Below, piece after piece: positions 35,315 through 46,586 of a DNA stretch of 64,000 nt. The DNA comes from Podarcis filfolensis (lineage: Eukaryota): the NCBI GenBank assembly GCA_964270895.1, contig OZ185452.1. One strand, given 5' to 3'. The notes below the pieces were generated by a model. That model was given only the letters and a program-made list of their open reading frames with translations, ran no database searches and was not told where the DNA came from. The translations under genes were made by a program, and so were the position numbers. The stretch's first letter is position 1. The number at the start of each line of letters is the position of its first letter.

Positions 35315-35645
35315 CTAACCTCCATCTACTCATCCTAACACTTAAACCTGACTAAACCGTGTAACTAGAGCTTTCTCCGTTGCTGGCTAAAACCTCTAAA
35401 CCTCCAACCAAACCCCCACTGACCCCCCGCTTCCCCTCAAAACAAAAACAAAAAAGCAAACTAACTAATGGAAAACTAACAGCTAATTTCGAGCCAGCGC
35501 TTAACCTGCTGTTTGCCTGAGCTTAGTCTGACCTCTCTAAACGTGCTAACCTCTGACCTTTGACCTTCCAGATGGCGTGTTATGTCTCTCTCTCTACTCT
35601 TTTCTTCCTTCTTTTTCTTTTAACCATCTGCAAATCTCTCTCTAA
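35315..35645 (+). promoter_or_regulatory. CUAA/ACUAAY-rich intronic region upstream of SS4 (branch-point-like, QKI/SF1/STAR motifs) plus long pyrimidine tract
   Basis: 12 CTAA tetramers counted in 331 nt; ACTAAC at 35460 and 35475, ACTAAT at 35464. Confidence 0.6.
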
Positions 35646-35656
35646 ACTCTTTGAAG

Positions 35657-35746
35657 GGAACAGTGATAATGAGCGGCTGGCGATTGCTAGACAGAGAATT
35701 CCGTATCGGCTCGGTCGAGTAGTAGATGAGTGGCTACTCGACAAAG
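35657..35746 (+). CDS. NRXN2: Neurexin-2 alternatively spliced site 4 (SS4/AS4) cassette exon ([31 protein letters not shown])
   Basis: ttgaag|GGAAC...GACAAAG|gtaatt; exactly 90 nt, phase 1-1; peptide is the canonical 30-aa SS4 insert of NRXN1/2 type. Confidence 0.97.
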
Positions 35747-35820
35747 GTAATTAACAATAATTAATTCCGGTTAATTAACAAGCAAGCAAGCAAAACACAA
35801 AAAATAAAGGTTTAAAGGTG
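35747..35820 (+). promoter_or_regulatory. UWAA-rich intronic splicing element just downstream of SS4; probable STAR-family (SAM68/SLM1/SLM2, KHDRBS1-3) response element
   Basis: gtaattaacaataattaattccggttaattaac...aataaaggtttaaagg contains multiple TTAA/TAAA motifs. STAR control of neurexin SS4 through UWAA motifs is established in mammals. Confidence 0.75.
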
Positions 35821-36338
35821 CAGTCCTCTCCCCTTTCAGCCCCTTGACCCGTCCTTCACTCTCCTTCCTCCCTTCCTCTTCCTGCCCCCCACCCCAGCAG
35901 AATATTTCATGCAGGGCCATGGCTCAAGGCTGGTGACTGAAGATAGGGGTGGGGTAGCATTTCTCAGAAGGAATTGGGGCTCACTGCACAGGGTGGGACC
36001 CCTCCGTCCCTCTCCCCAAACACACACCTTATTCCAAGGCACAGGCTTCCTGCTGCGCATTGCCACATCCGGAAAGAGACTCCATGGGCAGTAGATAGAT
36101 TGTCTCTAGCTGCACGTAGCTCTTGCATATATTTCTGGGTGGTGCTACGCACCAAGAGAAGTGCCACAGCTCTTATGCATCGTCTTGGTGATACTCCAGC
36201 ACTAGGGAGGGTAGGGAGCTGTGCAAAATGAAGACATGAAGGATAGTAAGATGGGGGGGGGCATGATGTGATGATGTTCTACCTCCCCTGTTGGAGATCG
36301 GGCATGTCTGTGTGCCAGTCAGGCAGAGGAGTGTTGCT

Positions 36339-36447
36339 GGTGCCCTGCTTGCTTAAAGACTTCCCTTTGGGCCATCTGAGAAGAACAGAGTGCTAGAAGG
36401 AGCAGGCCCCTTTGGCCTGACCCAGTTACAGCCATGCTCTTCTGATG
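36339..36447 (+). mobile_element. CR1-type 3' end fragment, same family, opposite orientation
   Basis: cttccctttgggccatctgagaagaacagagtg...cccctttggcctgacccag...gctcttctgatg. Confidence 0.65.
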
Positions 36448-37559
36448 TGACAAGGTCAGAGAGCTGTGATGAGTGGTGAGGATGGATCTTCTAAAGCTGG
36501 AAAGGAGTAAGATGAGGGATGGGGCATAACTGTCCTTAGAAGGCCTCTGAGGAGGTATAGCCTGCTTTGGGACCCTTTCCCTTGAATCCCCAATGTGCCA
36601 GGAGTGGTGCTTCTGGATGGCACTCTGCACGTGCTCAGGGACACCGTCTTCGTTCCCATTGCATGTTCAGGGGCTGAACCCTCCCAGCCAAAGGGTTGGG
36701 GCTCAGTCTGAGCCTAGCTTGGGAATGAATTGGAGACATTCCATGAGATGTCAACGTTGGCGCCCCTCTCTTCCTAACCCCGTTGAGTATGACTGTCCAA
36801 TCTGTGACATCATTGTGCTGTGACATCATTGCCTCACCTGAGGTTGCTGCCAGAGGAGTCTGGAGGATGCAAAGCAGGATGTTGTCACTGCGTTGTCCCA
36901 GGGGAATGGGGTGGGGCGAGAGAGAAATGGTGGGGCAACAGCAAGCAGCCCTACCTCTCGTCATGTCTCGTTCTGCCTTTAAGCCCCAAGGTTTTGGTGT
37001 CCCTACGTCTCCTCCCTCCCCATCTTCAGGACCGTAACTCGGCGGTAGAGCACCTGCTATGCCTGCAGAAGGCCTCAGATTCAATACCTAGGTCGTGTAA
37101 AGGGATAGCAGCAGTGACCAGTGTCAATGCACTCTTAACCTCCATCATACCTGATCATTGACCATGATGGCAGGGGCTGATGGGAATTGTAGTCCAACAT
37201 CAGGGGGCACCACTTGATGGACCAAGGATCTGACTTGGGAGAACAGGAAATGGAGAGTCCTCTCCTGGGCTTGAGATACAAAGCATTCTCCCTGAGTTAA
37301 AACCAAAAACTCATCTGGGCTTCCTGCCAACTTTCCCTATATTCACACGGTTGTGCTTGTAAGGGACTGGGAGAGGGTTCCCAGGATCCTTTTAGATGCT
37401 CTGCAGCAGCCGCTCCAGTGCCTAGCAGTTTCTAGGGCTGCCTTTTCTGCCTTGAAAGGGAGCATGAGAAGTCCTGTGGCCTTAAAATGTGCAAAGTCAA
37501 TAAGCATGTGCAGAGGAGGAGGAGCAGACGCCTTACAGGGAAGGGTTAATGGGGACCAG

Positions 37560-37733
37560 GTACATAGGCAGCTGCCTTATACTGAGTCAGATCATTGGTC
37601 CATCTAGTTCAGTACTGCCTACACTGACTGGCAGCTGCAGGATCCTTGCCTGGGGATGCTGCCAGCGGGGGACTGAACCTGGTGCCTTCTGCATGCAGGG
37701 TGGGTGTTCTGCCACTGAACTGTGGCTCTTCCC
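37560..37733 (-). mobile_element. tRNA-derived squamate SINE, same family
   Basis: cataggcagctgccttatactgagtcagatcattggtccatctag...gactgaacctggtgccttctgcatgc...ctgccactgaactgtggctc. Confidence 0.75.
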
Positions 37734-40700
37734 CTAAAGGGGTGGTGGGATTTGTGGTCTGGCAGCATCTGGAGGGCCACAGCACCTGCTGTCTCTTCAG
37801 GCCTCTTGACATGTTGTTCGCTAGCCCTGGCACAGCTGTTGCCAGCCCTGCTTGAAAGCCCCTGGTGGATGCCATATCTGTCTACCCATCCCCACTTTTG
37901 GGGGTCAGTGCATTTGATCTGCTCCACAGCTGGAATCAGGACCCCCCCCCATACACACACGCCAGTTTCAGGGCTGCTTCTTCTCACCAGCTTTGCCACG
38001 GCCTCTGCTTGTGAAGGTCCCGGGAAGTGTGTTGGGCAAGGAGTGACCCCTGCTCTGTGCCAAACCGAGAGCTGCACCTTTAACACTTTAAACTCCGTGG
38101 GGAAGGAAGAAGCGTAGCAGCAACAAGACCAAAAAGAAAGGAAAGAAAGGAAAGGACGAGGTCGCTTTAAATCTTAATTTATTAACCAGCTAATAACACT
38201 AACATGCTTTTAACTCAAACCAAGTGCTAAACAGTTTTTTTAACCGATAAATTCCAAATGTCTTAATAACCGTCTTCGCTGGCGTTGCATTTCTAAAGGG
38301 GGATTAAGCATCTAAATGTATCTTTTAATGTCTATAACATGATGGTTTAAACAAACAGCCACAAAATCACCAAAAACAAACAAACAAAGGAAGTTAAAGG
38401 GACGTTTAATGAGGTTTTTTTAAAAGAAGAAAAAAGCAGGAGAAACTCAGAGGGTTAGCAGGGGGGAAGCTGTAAACCTGGCCGAAGGACCATCCCACTT
38501 TAAGCCTTTGAGTACGGGGCGAGTTTGAAGGACTGGCTTTATGAAGAGTACTGGAAATGCGACATTGGGATAAATCCATGTGAGTAACAGTGGAGTGTCT
38601 TTAAATCCACAATACTTTCATGCACACACTATTTCTCTCTTCCTTCTCCTCTTCTCTTTCATCTTTCACACACGTACCTGAACACATACTCTCACCAGCC
38701 AGGCTGAGGTGTGCCCTGCATCTTTTAGCTATAGGAACTAGAGTGAAGTACAGAGCTTTGGACCCTCCTTTGTGGGTATCAAGTTCTTATGCTATATACA
38801 CAGTTCTTCTGTTGGGAGCACGAGAGTCCACGTTGCAGCCCCAAGAAGGGACTTCACAGGCTTTGCTTTCCAGCCCTAAAGCCCCTCCCTTCCCTCCATT
38901 TGGGCTTTACCTTACTTGTCAACCCCCGTTCAGAAGATCTATGATGGCACAGCCGCGAGCAAGATCCAGAGTGCAGTTGCCCTCCACGTTTCAGCCACTT
39001 GAACTGCTATGTGTCACTTCTCACACACCACTTCCAAGAGAATTTTGGGGATGGCGTTTTTGAATTGGGTTGGGGGGTGGATCAAAAGGACTCCCAAGGC
39101 ATTTTCTGGACACCCCTCCCAACCCCAGTGGGTGGGGAAAGGAGCATTTTCTTCTTTGGAGGGAGAGATTGGGTGAGGTACCAAGCTGCTTTTGTGCAAC
39201 TGCAGTGGCTGGATTCTGTCTGGCTGAGCTGAATTTGCAGTAGACCATCTCCAGAAACACACACACACACACCCCTTTGCATTGTGGCATCAATGCACAC
39301 ACCCTCTGGACTGAGGAGCGATACAGGCCCCACTAATCCCCAAAATCAGTTTCAGTCCTGATGAGTTGATTTGTCATTAGTTGATTATTCCCCACCCCCA
39401 AATCTTAAAGGCATTCTAACCAGAAGGGATAAAAAATAATTCAAAAAGTTGAGTTCTGCTGTTTGTTTGTTTTACTTTGAGCTGATATGTATGGTTCCTA
39501 TGACTGGAGAACCCCGAAAACCCAAAGCCATACCCTCCCATTTTGAGCGAGAGCTCAGGATGGCATTGAGTGTCTTGTTGGGGTTCAGAATTTGGAAAGT
39601 AGTTGTTGAATAGCCCCACAGGGCCAGCCCCTGGCGTCAGTCCTGCTTCATTTTGGGAAGCAGCTCTTAAAGCAGGACGTGGAATAGACCCGGGGAGGGG
39701 GGGAGCTTATTTCTTTCCTTGGCACCCCTCAAGGAAAGGGAACATTTGGACAGGTACACACACACACACAGTCGTCTGCACTGCCTGATTTCAGAATAAA
39801 ATCTCTATTAGGGGGATTGTCTGCTAAGGTTGGTTGGCATCTCGGGTTTTTAGCATGAAATGGCAGAGGAAGGGGCTGCTCTTTAGTTGCCGTAAAATTT
39901 GATTCCAGCAGTTCCTTCTTGGCCAGATTGGGGGGGGGGGGCAGCCTCTGAATGCCTCCAGGAGTGGCATCATTAGACTTGCAAATCTCCCTTTAGCCTG
40001 GCAATGACTGGAGGGGGGGGCATCCTGAGATGTGCCTGACACATTTCTACTTAAAATAAAATAAAATATAAGCTCACTTTTGATACTAGACAAACAAACA
40101 AAATCCACCAGGAAAAAAATGTTTTCAATTTCCACCCATCCAAAAAAAAACACACACACAAAACTACTGGGTTGTAAATTTGCCTCTCCAAAATAAATAA
40201 ATGGGAAAGCCTGTCACCCAGCTTGGCTTAAGATAACAGCCCAGCGCCTCATTTGAACTTGCGTTATTATTTACTCCCTTAATTATTTCCGTTTACAGCC
40301 CACTGTGTCTCTTGATGGGCAGGGGCTGTTTTTCATGGGCACCCAAGCCAGATTGCAAGCCTGGCCTGTTGGCACCTGCCCAGCCAGCTTGCTGGTGCTG
40401 AGAGAAGCCGGTCCTGGGCAGGGGCCAAGAGGCTCAAGTGAGCCCCCACTCCCTTCCTTCCTCCCTCCCTTCTGCTTTTCAGGGCTAGGGAATGCAAGGT
40501 CTGCAGCTGAGCCATGGCAGCCTCCTCTGCTTCAAAGTGCTTCCTGGCAGCTTTTACACTTCTGGAAAATGAGAGCAGAGTCAAGGAAAAGGCAGAGCCT
40601 GCGGAGGCACCCTTTCTCCCTGGTGCGGGTGCCAGAAGTAGGGACCCAGAGCTGGGCACTCTGTACGTAACCAGAGGCACTCTCTATTGCACACACTTGG

Positions 40701-41128
40701 GGCTGCACCCTGGACTTTGAAAACACACTCTAAGCCCTCATCTCTCCCCCCACCTCTTTCTTTTCCTTCCTTCCTTTCTCATGCAGTTCCTCCCTAGCCC
40801 TCAGCACCTCCCCTTGAACTATGGAGGGCTGGAAACCTTGCCTGCACCCCACTGCCTCCAGATTCTGCTTCCTCACTGCCCAACCTTGCAGGACTGGCTG
40901 TGGAGCAGGAAGAATCCTGGGTCTGGAGACGAGCGTTTCTGCCTGCTCTAGCAGGCTTCAGCAATGATGGCGGAGGGAGAGAAGTACACGCAGGGAATAT
41001 CGGCTACTCAGGCGGATTTACTTCTGAATTATGCCTCTCTGGAGGTTGCTAAGCCGTCTTGGCTTCCACAGATGTTTCATTTGGCACTAGTCCTGTTTCC
41101 TCCCCACCACCGTCTCTGTCTCTGTCTC

Positions 41129-41131
<3 letters not shown>

Positions 41132-41189
<58 letters not shown>
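41132..41189. repeat. Compound (CT)n(CA)n microsatellite
   Basis: Seen directly. Confidence 0.95.
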
Positions 41190-44100
41190 GCCTACCTCTT
41201 TTGTTTGCTGTTGAGCTGCAGGATTTCAGCAAAACAGGCTTGATGCTCTCCTGGCTTTTGCTCACAAGCATTTATGTCCATATAGCATCAATGCCTCTGG
41301 GCCAGGGAGTTTGGGCAGGCCCAGCGCAAGAGGCACACCAGGGCCCACAGGTGCCTCTGGGCAGACGTGCAGGCGCATTTTCACACAAGAAAAAAGAAAA
41401 GCCAGGTGGGGAATAAACAGGAAATAGCATTAAATGGGGGGAGTGGTTCCTGAAAACCAAAACTAATTAAGGCACTAAACCAATAAGCAGGTGGGTGGGG
41501 GCACGTAGGGTGGAGAACATTGTCAGGAATCCATTTATTTTGAGCCTGATTCTAACCCTGAACAAAAACCAAACATTAAAAATAACAATAATACTGACAA
41601 TAATCTTGTTTCTAAAACGAAGGGGGGCAAAACGGGACTCAGAGGGTTAAAAATATCCACTTGCAAACTTCTCCAGGGGGAACAAAAAGCAAGAGCTGTT
41701 TATTTTAAAGTCAGGGTTTTGTTTGGGGTTTTTGGTTTTTTTATAATTATTATTTTTTTCCATAACAGATTAGGAAAGTTCAGTCGGCTCCATCTGGAGA
41801 TGCTTTTTTAGGTTGCAACAGACGGTCCCTTTAACATTTCCCCATCTTTTTTCCCCCCTGCACACAAAAAAACCCCCCACAAAAACCGTTTGAACGAAGA
41901 GTGAGCGAGGGGGGAGGGACTCTCCCAGCCAGGCTGGAGTTTGAAGCTCTGCAGCTGGCAGGGGCATCAGCTAATGAGCGGGTGGCGGGGGTGGGCACGG
42001 GGAGGGGGAGCTGCTCTGTATTCTCAGCCCTTGGCAGGCTGCTTTTCCAAAGTCCCTCTGCACTAGCTCATTCAGGTGCATGTGTTTCCCTCTTCAAATG
42101 CTCTTCTTTCTTGTCAAGGGGCCTCCCACATGTCCAAAGCTGATTTGCCCGAAGAGACCCACCACCATCTCAGCTGGGCAGTAGTGAAAAGTAGTGAGAT
42201 TCCCTAGGGCAGAGGGAAGGGACCTTCTTTTGTGGGCAGCCTTGGGGGCTGGGCTGACAGTGGTGGGTGCTGCCAAAAGCAAAAAGTGGGTGGGTGTGAC
42301 CTACCTTTAGTCATTAGGCTATATTCCAGCCATAAGGAGATCAGCGCAGATCTCTCCACCCAAGCAAGCCAAGGGCATCACCTGAGACCCATGAACCACA
42401 TTCCTGAGGTCCTGCCCACCTTGCTGTTGAGTCCTCAATACATGAGAAGACCCTTGCTGGGTGGCTCCTCTTTCCTCCAGTGCCCAACTGGGAACTAGTT
42501 TGAGAGCTCCCCATTACTGGTACCCAGGAGCAGAATGCCACTGACGCCACAGACTGGGTGGAAACCTCTGTATCAGCCCCTAGACACCCTGTCCCCCCCC
42601 CACTCCCACCCCCTGCTGCTTTGAAGGGAGCCATTTTCAGTGGGGGAAATGGAAGGGAAGGGCCAACCCCACTCACCCCCACACGGCTGCTATTCATTTA
42701 CATAATAGATGCCTATACAGCAGGATCACATCCTTGCTCACAATCAACTCATCTTGCTCGGTTGATGTCTGGTTGAAATTGCACAAATTAACTGCACGCA
42801 AGGCGGAGAGCTTAAAAGCTCTTTTTTGCACCTGGTTTTCCTAGTGCAGAAAGAGCTTTCAAGTTCACCACCTTGCTTGGAGTGCCCGCTTGGCGTACCA
42901 GTTCCAGAAGGTAAGATTGCTCACATGGGGGGCAGTTCCAAGGGGGTAGTTTGAGTACACACATTTTTTTCCATATATGCACCATCCCAAAAAACATAAA
43001 ACACCTCCCCTACCAACACACACAGACAAAATGTGATCGTGCTGTATACACATGCATCTATTTTGGCCCTTACACAAAATGGCTCACTCTGCAATTCTGC
43101 TGGCTTAACTGAACAAGCACCAATTTTTCCCTTGTATTTCCCCCACACATAGAGCCATTGGGACCCTTTCATCAATTCCACCTAACATGGTCCCTCTTCT
43201 GCCACAGCTTTCCCTATCCCCTGCCTGGATCTCACTCACCTTCTGACCCCCGTCAAGCTGGCCCCCACCTTCAGTTTCCATTCATGCACACCCTGCCCCA
43301 CTTGACAATGTGTGCCGTGCCCCCCCCCATGCAAATTGCTCCAGAGGGCATTTTTTCCTGCTTCCCCTGTTCCCGACACTGATGCCACCCATCACAGACT
43401 CTCCCCCAAAAGACTGTCAGTGGCTATTTTTCCGCTTACCCCCCCCACCTCAATCTGTTAGGTGCCTTGAAGGGTCCTTCCCCTCTGGGCCCACTTCCTC
43501 TAAAGCGGATAGAGCCTTCTCACAAGGCTGCTCCACCAAAGCAAGTAGAAGACCCCCAGGGGCCTGAGGGGAGTTGGGCTGGGGCAAGACTGCTTGCGAT
43601 GCCAGTGGGCTGATTTACAGGAGGCAGCCGTGCCCACCCCTCACATAAGGACTGGAGCATAGAATAGGTGTTTCCCATGACCCAGGCCCAGGGAGGTTGA
43701 AGGACTCGCCCCATCCAGGAAGGGTAAGGCGGGAGGGTGAAGCCAAGGTGCCCACACTTGTCCTTCTGCTTGTCAGCCTCACTTCCCCAATCTCCACCAG
43801 GGTTCCAGCGGCTGACTGGGCCCCCTCTGTTCTCGCTCACTCTTTGTCCTGCTTAGGGGGCCTGAAGTGCAAGCCTGGGTGCAGGGGAGCTGGTTGGAAA
43901 GCTTATGAGGGGTGGGCAGGGGAGGGATCGGAGTACATCCCACAGAAGGTTCAGGGAGGGGCAACACAAAGCACAGAGCTGAAGGATGGCCAGGGCAAGA
44001 AGCTAGAAAATGAACCCGTTTCCATGATGGATGGATGGAGAGGCAGATGCGTAAAGAGGGAATAAGAGTCAAGAAAGACAGATGAGATAAGAAAGGTCTC

Positions 44101-44808
44101 TCTCCTATCTGTCTCTTATTCCACACACTCTGCTATCCGACTGCCATAAAGACGAAGAAAATAGATTAGAGAGGAATGTAGAGTGGCTCGATTGCATTTG
44201 ATTGAGTCAGACTTTGTGGGTCAGTCAGGGGAGCCCCAGCGGCAGTGAGTGGGTGGGCAAATTCCAGCCTTTGGTCTCCTGCACCTGCCTGACCCCCCGC
44301 CTGCCCAACCAAGAAGTGTCTGTCTTGGGCAGGGAGGGAGGGAGGCAGGGCAGCACAAGCCACAAAGGCACCCTCTCACCAACATAGGAGGTGAAGATGG
44401 ATGGTTCCCAGGGGTATAGACTAATCAAACTCAAGAAGGCTTGGAAGAGCAAGGTGGGTGGGTAGAGATAGATGGATAGATGAACAGGCAGATGGATAAA
44501 TGAGCAGATGAGGGATGCATCTGTTCCACAGGGTCGGTGGTGGGAGCAGAAGGTCTCAAGGTGGTGCAGAGAACCATTGAAAGACCAGAAGAGGAAAACA
44601 CAGGCCTCCTCAGAGGGTGAAGGGAGAAGTGCTTGGGCTGCCCTTCCTGAAGTTCCAGCCAGCCTGGTTTGACAGCTCTTGTGTACTGTGTGCTGCTGAG
44701 CCCCACCACCCAACCGCCGAACCCCCAGTTCATATATTGTCCACCTTCTCTTTCCGCCTGCCCCCTCCTCCCCCCGTGGCTCCCTGCCCCCTCCCTCTCC
44801 CCCGCCAG

Positions 44809-45131
44809 GTCGCCAGCTGACGATATTTAACAGCCAGGCCGCCATCAAGATTGGAGGCCGGGACCAAGGCCGCCCCTTCCAGGGCCAGATTTCGGGGCTG
44901 TACTACAACGGGCTCAAGGTCCTCTCCTTGGCAGCCGAGAGCGACCCCAATGTGAAGGTGGAGGGGAACCTGCGGCTGGTGGGCGAGGTGCCCTCCGTCA
45001 TGACCACGGAGACCACAGCCACCACCTTGCTGGCAGACATGTCCACCACCATCATGGAAACCACCACCACCATGGCTACCACCACAACGCGGCGTGGCCG
45101 CTCTCCCACCATGCGGGACAGCATCACCCAG
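44809..45131 (+). CDS. NRXN2: Neurexin-2 coding exon, end of LNS6 plus Thr-rich O-glycosylated stalk ([108 protein letters not shown])
   Basis: cccgccag|GTCGC...ACCCAG|gtcagt; 323 nt, phase 1 to 0, open throughout. Confidence 0.97.
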
Positions 45132-46586
45132 GTCAGTGGGAGGGAGGAGGGCCTCAGAGGCAGGGAGGGCAGGGAGGGAGAGGTCTAGCCAAGGAGGGTC
45201 TAACTGGGCGGAGGCGATGGGCAGAGGAGCCCGGCTACAGGAGGGCAACCTGGGAATGGGCCTCAGGGGTGGTTGGGGCTGTGTGTCCTCTTCAGGGTGC
45301 TGAGCCAAAGGGCCCCCCCCCCCGAAAAGTTTTAGCTCACATTTTGCTTGGGGGATGGGACCACCTAACCAAGGAGAGACGTTTGCAGCCCCTGAGATTA
45401 TCCACTACTGCCTGAGTTCATCGGTTGTCAGCTGGTGGTCAACATCCACCACCACCCCCCGCCCCAAAACAATAGAGCCTGATGATCCCGGCTTCTTTTT
45501 GACAAGGGCTTGAAAGGGGCGGTGCCCCCACTGTCACCATCATTCTTTTCTTCAGAAGCCCTCGTCAAGAACAACAATACATCATCATTCTCAGAGCCTT
45601 CAAGCGGGGCAGGGAGGGATAGATATTGAATGGCAGCTGTTACAAGGGGCTCTGGTTACCAGCAGTAAGTTTTGCCAAGCCTTGAATTCCCCCCCCCAAA
45701 AAAATGTTAGCCTCCCGCCTCCCATTTCACCATCTCTGAATGGTGAAGCAAAATGGGAGAAGCGGGGAGTAGGGGTTGGTTTTGGCACTAGACTTATCTG
45801 CTCTTAAAAATCAGAGCATCTTCAAAAATGGTCTATATTGGTGTGTAATGAGCTTCCCTGGTTATAGCACATCCGTCTTTGAGAAATCAGAGCTAGGCAT
45901 GTTGGACAGCTGATTTGAGAGCTTAGAAGCAAGCACTCGAGGAGGCTGGCTCCAGCATTCCAGCACCGAAACCCATTTCTGCATGTCTGCAGAAGCAGAT
46001 GGACAAGGGAGGAAGGGTCAGCAAGTCAGAACAAGCCCCGCTTCCTTTCCTCTCTCTCCCTGTGCTGCCTTTACTTTTCAAGAAAGCAAGCCTGGAAACT
46101 TCCCATCCTAGTCTGTTTGGTGTTGCCTGTACTTCCTTCCAGCCCTGCCGTTCTCGAGGTGGAACACCATGTTCATGGTGTCCTGCAGTTCCTTTTAGGG
46201 ATACATTTTGATTTTTCAAAATCCAGCCACTGAGGCTCCAATTTGAAGGAAGAAAGTAATGGGGGGGGGCAGGAGGAAGGAGATTTCTTAACCCCTTCCC
46301 ATAATGCCATTTTCCAGCTAAAAATTGTGCCTCTCACAATCATCAAAGGAGCTTGATGGAGTAATTTTATGCTGAGAAGTCCCTCTCCCCCTATGGAAAC
46401 CTCAGTCTTAGAAGCAGCAATTTATTTTTAAATGCCTGTAAAAATAATCAGGCCACTCTTACGTATCCCATATTTTGCATCTCAAGTCCCCACTTACTAA
46501 TAGCCTAGCTGTTGGATGCACACCCACACACACCAGGCTGCACCTGGAAATGAGCAAGACTCTGGTAAGGCCCAACGTCATTGAAT

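Noticed and set aside
40262-40320. Acceptor-like ttatttccgtttacag| at 40298
   Set aside because: Stop within 6 codons in phase 1 and no credible donor nearby.
44730-45308. 192-aa minus-strand ORF
   Set aside because: Antisense shadow of the GC3-rich NRXN2 exon 44809-45131.
45556-45664. Pseudo-exon ending GCA|gtaagt
   Set aside because: 109 or 70 nt, so frameshifting, with no supporting context.
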